Translations under genes and position numbers: made by a program | From: Candidatus Paceibacter sp. | Lineage (GTDB): Bacteria; Patescibacteriota; Patescibacteriia; Magasanikbacterales; UBA922 | Reading direction: 5' to 3' | Assembly (NCBI GenBank): GCA_020725175.1 | Contig: DYFM01000007.1 | Location: 1,054-65,053, forward strand | Length of the DNA stretch: 64,000 nucleotides | In this document: positions 58,254-64,000 of the stretch, piece by piece | Numbering within the stretch: position 1 is the first letter of the stretch | How the letters are laid out: each line of letters starts with the position of its first letter | The notes under the pieces: model-generated | Told to the model about the DNA's origin: nothing | Databases searched by the model: none | What the model saw: the letters and a program-made list of their open reading frames with translations, nothing else

Positions 58254-59387
58254 TTAGTAGAGTGCCACCCAAATACCGAGCATCACAACGGCCGCGTGCA
58301 TGATCCAAAAGCGCATCACAGTTTTTTCTTCACTCCAACCGCGGAGTTCAAAATGATGGTGTAATGGTGCCATGCGGAAAATTCTTCTTCCTAAAAAGGT
58401 TCTGCCAAACACTTGAATCAACACACTAGCGAGTTCAAGGTAAAAAATAAAACCAAGTAAAGGAAGAAGGAGCATGTTGTTCATCACGATCACGTTGATA
58501 GCGAGAAGTGCACCTAACCCAAGTGAGCCCACATCTCCCATTTGAAATCGGGCTGGTTTGACATTGAAATACGTATAGGTAATCAGTGCCCCTACGGTGG
58601 TTGCATTGAGAATGGTGATTTCGTGTAGTCCCTGCATCCAGCTGAGAAGTGTAAGTGCGGAAAACGTGATGATGAGAGAACCGCCGGCAAGCCCATCCAT
58701 ACCGTCGGCAATATTGACAGCGTTCGCGGTTGCCATGACAAACAGAATAATGAGTGGGATAATCCAAATGCCGATATTGATAAACCCATCAAATGGGATA
58801 TGGATTTCACGCCATGATTCACCGAGTTTAAAATAGATCCAGTAGGCCGTGAGTGCTCCGGCTGCGAATTGTGTGAGTAATCGCTCATGAACATGCAGTC
58901 CCTTCCCAGGATGAGATCCAAGCCAGAGGGAAGACCTTTGAAATGCCGCCCAAGGCAGCGTAATGGTCAGCCAGACTCTCGTCCACCAGCTTTTGTGGAC
59001 GCGAATAAGGCGAAGTACGTGGCTAAGATTACGAAGACGGCGTTTTTTACCGTAGACATTGTTCAGAATATCGTCAATACCGCCGAGGAGAGCCGCTAAA
59101 AGCATCACACCAATTGGGACCCAGGTAAACCGTCGTTCCCAGTTGAAAAGATAGGTAAGCACCGCGACTGTGAGGATAATGAGAAGTCCTCCCATGATTG
59201 GAACACCTCGTTTTTCTTTTCTTGCCCCCATGGCCAAGGTCGCGTCGTATTCTGAGCGGCGGGTAATGTTGAATTTGTATAGCAATTTGGTCAAGAGAGG
59301 TGCCCAAAGGAAGCTAAGAAGGCAAGAGAGGAGGGCAAATCCGATAGCATGACGGATGAGTTCTAGGGATTCTGGGGAGAGATTCAT
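58254..59387 (-). CDS. mraY: Phospho-N-acetylmuramoyl-pentapeptide transferase (MraY family)
   Basis: P.MGG, G.DD, NAVNIADGMDGLA, MGDVGS, MAPLHHHFE. Confidence 0.88.
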   Translation of the reverse strand: MNLSPESLELIRHAIGFALLSCLLSFLWAPLLTKLLYKFNITRRSEYDATLAMGARKEKRGVPIMGGLLIILTVAVLTYLFNWERRFTWVPIGVMLLAALLGGIDDILNNVYGKKRRLRNLSHVLRLIRVHKSWWTRVWLTITLPWAAFQRSSLWLGSHPGKGLHVHERLLTQFAAGALTAYWIYFKLGESWREIHIPFDGFINIGIWIIPLIILFVMATANAVNIADGMDGLAGGSLIITFSALTLLSWMQGLHEITILNATTVGALITYTYFNVKPARFQMGDVGSLGLGALLAINVIVMNNMLLLPLLGFIFYLELASVLIQVFGRTFLGRRIFRMAPLHHHFELRGWSEEKTVMRFWIMHAAVVMLGIWVALY

Positions 59388-59610
59388 ACGTGTGACAGGG
59401 ATGAAAATGAAAATGATTTATTAGAAATTGTTTTCAAGAAACCAATAAAGGGTGGTAGAAGAGAATTATTTCTCTCAATGTAGGTAAATTTGTTGAAATG
59501 TCATGTCGGATTCTGTAGACAAAGAAGCGCTAGTATATTACGCCAAAATAACGAAAAAATCAAGCAACAGGAGCGTATTTGTGAATATCCCCATACGTAC
59601 GTATCATGCC

Positions 59611-59639
59611 TTGACAAAAGTGAAAAAAATAGGTAGTAT
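59611..59639 (+). promoter_or_regulatory. sigma70-type promoter for rpmG
   Basis: TTGACA-17 nt-TAGTAT. Confidence 0.65.
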
Positions 59640-59712
59640 ATGCGCACGTACTATTCAAGATTATTACCCAGAAATTTTAGACTTAAAACTTTAGACTTTA
59701 GACTTACCCCGT

Positions 59713-59868
59713 ATGTCCCAAGATAACATGATCAAGCTCGAATGTACCGAGTGCAAAACGACCAATTACTTTTCAAAAAAGAACAAAAAGAAATTGAAAG
59801 ATCGATTGGAAGTAAAAAAGTTCTGTCGTACGTGTTCCAAGCATACATTGCACAAGGAAACAAAATAA
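59713..59868 (+). CDS. rpmG: 50S ribosomal protein L33, zinc-binding type (absent from the ORF track)
   Basis: [51 protein letters not shown]. Confidence 0.96.
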   Translation: MSQDNMIKLECTECKTTNYFSKKNKKKLKDRLEVKKFCRTCSKHTLHKETK

Positions 59869-59877
59869 GCTACAATA

Positions 59878-59905
59878 CACCCTGGATTATCCGGGGTTTT
59901 TCTTT
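59878..59905 (+). terminator. Intrinsic terminator after rpmG
   Basis: ACCCTGGATTATCCGGGGTTTTT. Confidence 0.7.
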
Positions 59906-59972
59906 GGCAATTGTCCTAACGCTTACATTGTCGCGTAGAGAGAGCGTGAACTTGTTTCTAATGTATTTTCCT

Positions 59973-60863
59973 ATGTCATTTTTTTCAAACATCATACAAA
60001 GTACCTACAATGTCGCATGGTTGCGTTCCCAAAAAGATGAACTCAAAAAAGCGTGGATTTATTTTTTTCCGTTTATTTTTTTGATAGCCATGCTCAATGT
60101 CTTGCCATTGTTGTGGATCGTTCCTAGTAGTATCTCTTCCGCATCTGCTTGGATACGTGACAATACGGAAGATTTTACCGTCCAGTTTTCCAGTGGTGAA
60201 CTCACTATTGAGGGGCTGGAGCAACCGTTTGAATATACTATAACTGATGAAAACGACACCACGACTCGTGTGTTTATTGATACCCGGGCTACCACAACGC
60301 CGTCTATAAAAGAGCGACTCAATCCAGAAACAGAAGAGGGGATACTTATTACACGAAATGCTATAGAACTATACGACTCATCACTTCAAACAACTGAGCG
60401 ACAAGAATTTTCCAGTATTCCTGACGCGACTATTACGAAAGAAGGGTTGTTGCAAGCAGCTGAGCGAATTACCGGCGGTCTGAAGTATTGGGTGTTTGCG
60501 TTTTTTGCGCTTGGGGTATATCTCATGTATTTGATTGCAAAATTACTGTACGTTCTTTTTTACTCCCTAATCTTTTTGTTGGTTAGTAAGTTGACAAAAC
60601 GAACTTGGGAGTTTCGACAAATATTTACCGTAAGTTTGTTTGCAGTAACACTGCCAAGTCTTGTTGCGTTGGTTTTGAAATATTTGGGAGTGTACATTCC
60701 GTATGTTCCAACACTGGCGTTTATATTGCTAGTTGGGATGATCTTGTTTCAACGTTTGAATTCTGATCCGTCTGCTACAATTGAAAAGAATGGTTTGGGG
60801 GAGAAAAATGATGATACAACCCCGACATCCATCGAAGATGGAAATAACGAAATAAAGAAATAG
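59973..60863 (+). CDS. DUF1189-like membrane protein
   Basis: N-terminal TM, soluble domain, three C-terminal TMs; start moved downstream of rpmG. Confidence 0.7.
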   Translation: MSFFSNIIQSTYNVAWLRSQKDELKKAWIYFFPFIFLIAMLNVLPLLWIVPSSISSASAWIRDNTEDFTVQFSSGELTIEGLEQPFEYTITDENDTTTRVFIDTRATTTPSIKERLNPETEEGILITRNAIELYDSSLQTTERQEFSSIPDATITKEGLLQAAERITGGLKYWVFAFFALGVYLMYLIAKLLYVLFYSLIFLLVSKLTKRTWEFRQIFTVSLFAVTLPSLVALVLKYLGVYIPYVPTLAFILLVGMILFQRLNSDPSATIEKNGLGEKNDDTTPTSIEDGNNEIKK

Positions 60864-60963
60864 CGAAATCAGTCTCCGCTGCGCTACGCCTGACAAGTTG
60901 CGAAATAACGATACAGTGAAACAATTACATGTATTTGATCTTTTGGAAAAAATGATGAATACA

Positions 60964-60998
60964 AAAAACCGTCGGCTGAATGCTGACGGTTTTGTTTT
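60964..60998. terminator. Bidirectional terminator between convergent genes
   Basis: AAAACCGTCGGC...GCTGACGGTTTTG. Confidence 0.75.
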
Positions 60999-61008
60999 TG
61001 TGTTATTT

Positions 61009-62559
61009 TTATTGTACTGGGAGTATGCGTACTTCAGGAAGTGGAGCTGGTTCAGTGGTGACAGTGTCATCGGTTTTTACATCATCCATGATGTAGACTG
61101 GACCATCTGGAATGTTTTTATGTTTTTCGAGAATATCTTTTACTAACGGTACTACGACGTGTGTGTTGAGATACGGTGCATCTTTTGGCGCATCAATGAT
61201 TGGGAAGAGGAGTGCTGGAATAAACAGTTCGTTGGTTCGCATTCCGTCATAGTCACTGTACTGAAGAAGTACTTGTGAAGGCGTGCCTACAGAAACTTCT
61301 TTTACTGTCTGCTCTGTTCGAAGGTATGGCATATATCCATAGAGTCCACCGCGTTGTACTACATTCAAAATTTCATCTGCACTTGTGACACCGGTATAGT
61401 CGGATTTTTCAAACCGTTGTGGTATGAGATTCCAGAGACCCATTGCTGTGTTGTTGCGAATGTTCACATTTACTCTCAGACCACTTGGTCGACCACTCGG
61501 ATCATATACGGTTTGTCCATCTACGGTAAATGGGAAGACAACAGTGAGTGCGTCCGGAAAATAGTATTCTGATTTATTTTCCATTTGTTCGTACCAGCGT
61601 TTCCAGTCATTTTCAACAATTGCTTGTCCGTAGTTTGAAGTATCGACTCCGTAGTCCCGAAGAAAATTAGTCGCGATTGCAATTACTTCTTCATCACTCG
61701 GCATATCGGAAAGCTGAATTCTAGGTAACTCAGGACAAATACCATTTTTACAGTTGTTTTGTTCTGCCCACCACCATTGGTTTGGGTTGACGGAAATCAT
61801 TGATTCTTCCATATTCACGTCAATCATGTAGCCTTTTTTATCTGTATCAGCAAGTTGAAAATTGGTGAGTTTGGTGGAGCCAAATTTTTTGAGGTCTATC
61901 ATGTCAGAACCAAGTCCGGCCAAGTATTGGCCAAGCTCTTGTTGTGTGGCAGTACCTTTGATGCGTTTGTAAACTGAGACGGTATCTGTAAGTCCACTTA
62001 TTTCTTCTCCTTTATAGATGTATTTGTACGTTACTTCCGGAGCAACGATCATTTTGCTTGAGGCAGCTGTTCCACCGCCACCAAAACCGGCGGCTTGGTC
62101 GGCTCTATCACCGCCCATTCCCTGAGGACTAGACGCTGCTTCAGATGAGCCAGCTGGAACGTTGAGCTCACCAAAAGCCTGTTTTTTTACCGCGGTTATG
62201 CTTGGTGCGGCAAATAACGCGGCGATAGAATCACTTGATCCTCGAAGTTCTTTTGGAGTGTTGGTCGAAAGGAGTGGTACAAGTACCAAGCTCATAATAA
62301 CCGCACCGCTGAGAAGTGCCGGTAATGAGCGGGTTGAAAAGAGCGAAGAAAAAAACGAGTTCTTAGACTGCTCGGCCTGTCTTTCCATAAGGAGTACTTT
62401 TAGTTTGGCAGCAAATTGTTCGTTGAATTCAGTATCCGGCTTATTGGCGATAAGCTCACGAAGAAGTTCTTTTAGTTTTGCTTCATGTTCTTGTAAGCTG
62501 GGATCAATGTTGTACAGTTCTTCAAGAAGAACGGTAAGGTCGGTTTGTTTGAGAGTCAT
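61009..62559 (-). CDS. Putative anti-sigma factor / membrane-anchored extracytoplasmic protein
   Basis: Directly downstream of the ECF sigma; small N-terminal domain (KPD..F...L), one TM, large external domain. Confidence 0.65.
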   Translation of the reverse strand: MTLKQTDLTVLLEELYNIDPSLQEHEAKLKELLRELIANKPDTEFNEQFAAKLKVLLMERQAEQSKNSFFSSLFSTRSLPALLSGAVIMSLVLVPLLSTNTPKELRGSSDSIAALFAAPSITAVKKQAFGELNVPAGSSEAASSPQGMGGDRADQAAGFGGGGTAASSKMIVAPEVTYKYIYKGEEISGLTDTVSVYKRIKGTATQQELGQYLAGLGSDMIDLKKFGSTKLTNFQLADTDKKGYMIDVNMEESMISVNPNQWWWAEQNNCKNGICPELPRIQLSDMPSDEEVIAIATNFLRDYGVDTSNYGQAIVENDWKRWYEQMENKSEYYFPDALTVVFPFTVDGQTVYDPSGRPSGLRVNVNIRNNTAMGLWNLIPQRFEKSDYTGVTSADEILNVVQRGGLYGYMPYLRTEQTVKEVSVGTPSQVLLQYSDYDGMRTNELFIPALLFPIIDAPKDAPYLNTHVVVPLVKDILEKHKNIPDGPVYIMDDVKTDDTVTTEPAPLPEVRILPVQ

Positions 62560-62620
62560 ATTGTTGATGTAAGTGGTGGGTAAATAAAATTGGAAAAATG
62601 TTTTTTGGTTACTTGTTATC

Positions 62621-63214
62621 TTATGAAGTAATTAAGAACCAAAGAAATAAAGTAAGCGGCATTACACGTCGTAGTTCTTTTATTCCTCGAGAAAATATCA
62701 TTTTACAGTTGGCTTCACTTTTATCCATGATAGCGGCAATTTCTTGGTAGCTCAGTTCTTGCCAGACGCGCATCATGATGATATCGCGCTGTTCAGGAGT
62801 GAGTTGATTGAGGTGTGATCGGACTTGCTCCAAGCGAAGCACTGCGTCGGTGGCGGTGTGCATATCACTATGATCAGTTAGGGTGCGTTCTATTGTCTCG
62901 TCGTTAATATTCACGCTATGATGTTTATTTTTTCGGAAGAAATCAATCATGGTGTTGCGAGCAATTTGGTAGAGCCAGGTGGTAAATGATGCTTTGTGCG
63001 GTTTGTATGTTTGAATTTTGTCCAGTGCTTTCATGAAGATTTCACTGGTGAGATCTTCCGCAGTTTGACGATGCATGGTTTTGTAATATACAAAATCATA
63101 TATTTTACGAACATGTTGATCATAGAGAACTCCAAAGGCGGTACTGTCACCCTTTTGAGACGCTATGACGAGTTGTGTTGTTTCCTCGGTGGAGGTTGTG
63201 GTCGACATACTCAT
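62621..63214 (-). CDS. ECF RNA polymerase sigma factor
   Basis: AEDLTSEIF, F.TWLYQIARN, L..EQR.II.MR..QELSYQEIA. Confidence 0.93.
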   Translation of the reverse strand: MSMSTTTSTEETTQLVIASQKGDSTAFGVLYDQHVRKIYDFVYYKTMHRQTAEDLTSEIFMKALDKIQTYKPHKASFTTWLYQIARNTMIDFFRKNKHHSVNINDETIERTLTDHSDMHTATDAVLRLEQVRSHLNQLTPEQRDIIMMRVWQELSYQEIAAIMDKSEANCKMIFSRGIKELRRVMPLTLFLWFLITS

Positions 63215-63434
63215 ATGAGAGTCAGGAGTAAGAATTCTTTCCTGCAATAATATACGATTTTGTTTGAAAAAGGTAACAAACAGCCGTAGTATAGGATAAT
63301 TTTGTTTGCTTGACTAGGGGGTATATTTCGATTTGACGATCTCGGGTCATGTTTATATAGTAACTATACGGATATATCTTCATAAAAGGTATGTTCGTCC
63401 TGTTGTACGGTATTGAATTCTTAATTATATTCTT

Positions 63435-64000
63435 ATGAACAAGCTACATTCTTTTTCATCGTCTTTATTACAACGGATCGGTATGGGTGTTGCTGCGATA
63501 GTATTGATTGGGGCGATCATCGGTGTTACCTCAATCGTTCGGGCACAGCAAGGTCAGAGTGTCAACGGTCAACAAGCTGGACAGTATAAGCATACATTCG
63601 AAACAAACCTTACCGGTCAAGCAGAGGTACCGGCGGTGCAAACAAACGCCCGTGGTTCCATGACACTTCAGGTTCCTCAAAATGAGGAAACACTCCGTTA
63701 CACGTTGCGAGTGCAAAATGTATCGCAAGTGACCGCGGCTCATCTGCACTGTGGAAAGCGAGATCAAAACGGTCCGGCTATTGTCACGCTGTATTCTACC
63801 TCCCGACCACAAAATGTTTCCGGTGTATTATCGGAGGGTACTATAAACGCGGATGATATTATGGCGGCTGGAGAAAACTGTGAGCCTCGAATCGACACCA
63901 TGGCACACTTGGTACAAGCTTTGCGTGAAGGTCGGATTTATGTTAATGTTCACAACCGCGCGCATCCAGATGGAGTCATTCGAGGGCAATTGACCTTTGG
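63435..64000 (+). CDS. Secreted CHRD-domain protein, truncated by the window end
   Basis: Signal peptide; LTGQAEVP, AAHLHCG, YVNVH...HPDG.IRGQL. Confidence 0.85.
   Translation, partial: MNKLHSFSSSLLQRIGMGVAAIVLIGAIIGVTSIVRAQQGQSVNGQQAGQYKHTFETNLTGQAEVPAVQTNARGSMTLQVPQNEETLRYTLRVQNVSQVTAAHLHCGKRDQNGPAIVTLYSTSRPQNVSGVLSEGTINADDIMAAGENCEPRIDTMAHLVQALREGRIYVNVHNRAHPDGVIRGQLTF

Noticed and set aside
59742-59972. N-terminal extension of the 373-aa ORF
   Set aside because: Overlaps rpmG and its terminator; the true start is likely 59973.
1-64000. Alternative genetic code (TGA recoded), rRNA or tRNA genes
   Set aside because: Conserved genes end normally at TGA and have no internal TGA; no rRNA or cloverleaf motifs were seen by eye.

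Overview
Bacterial genomic window that reads cleanly in genetic code 11. Gene content and the AT-rich, Shine-Dalgarno-poor start regions suggest a Patescibacteria/CPR (Parcubacteria-like) genome; this is inferred, not proven. The first 12 kb is a defence island (fic-hsdM-hsdS-PIN-hsdR-HARE-HTH nuclease). It is followed by a helicase-sigma-HTH fusion, a giant M23 surface protein, a repair/stress block (mpg pseudogene, frameshifted recQ, alkD, msrB/msrA, mutY), housekeeping genes (pyrH, tsaE, glyA, rarA, queH, elp3, Mur ligase, mraY, rpmG) and an ECF sigma/anti-sigma pair. No rRNA, tRNA, CRISPR array or canonical transposase was recognised. Four things stand out. (1) A pervasive set of intergenic hairpin elements is built from 7-10 bp periodic repeats. 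Some are empty (~85-145 bp) and some loop out whole genes: a GxxExxY PD-(D/E)XK-type gene sits inside ~47 bp inverted arms and has three ~97 bp gene-less copies elsewhere. (2) Elp3 is divergently paired with a Trm9/ALKBH8-like methyltransferase, suggesting an archaeal/eukaryotic-type mcm5U34 tRNA pathway in a bacterium. (3) An unannotated LysW-like carrier lies near a PLP enzyme, a Mur ligase, an aminoacyl-tRNA transferase-like protein and mraY. (4) Two proteins in or next to the defence island end in SSB-like DIPF tails. All alignments and counts were done by eye.
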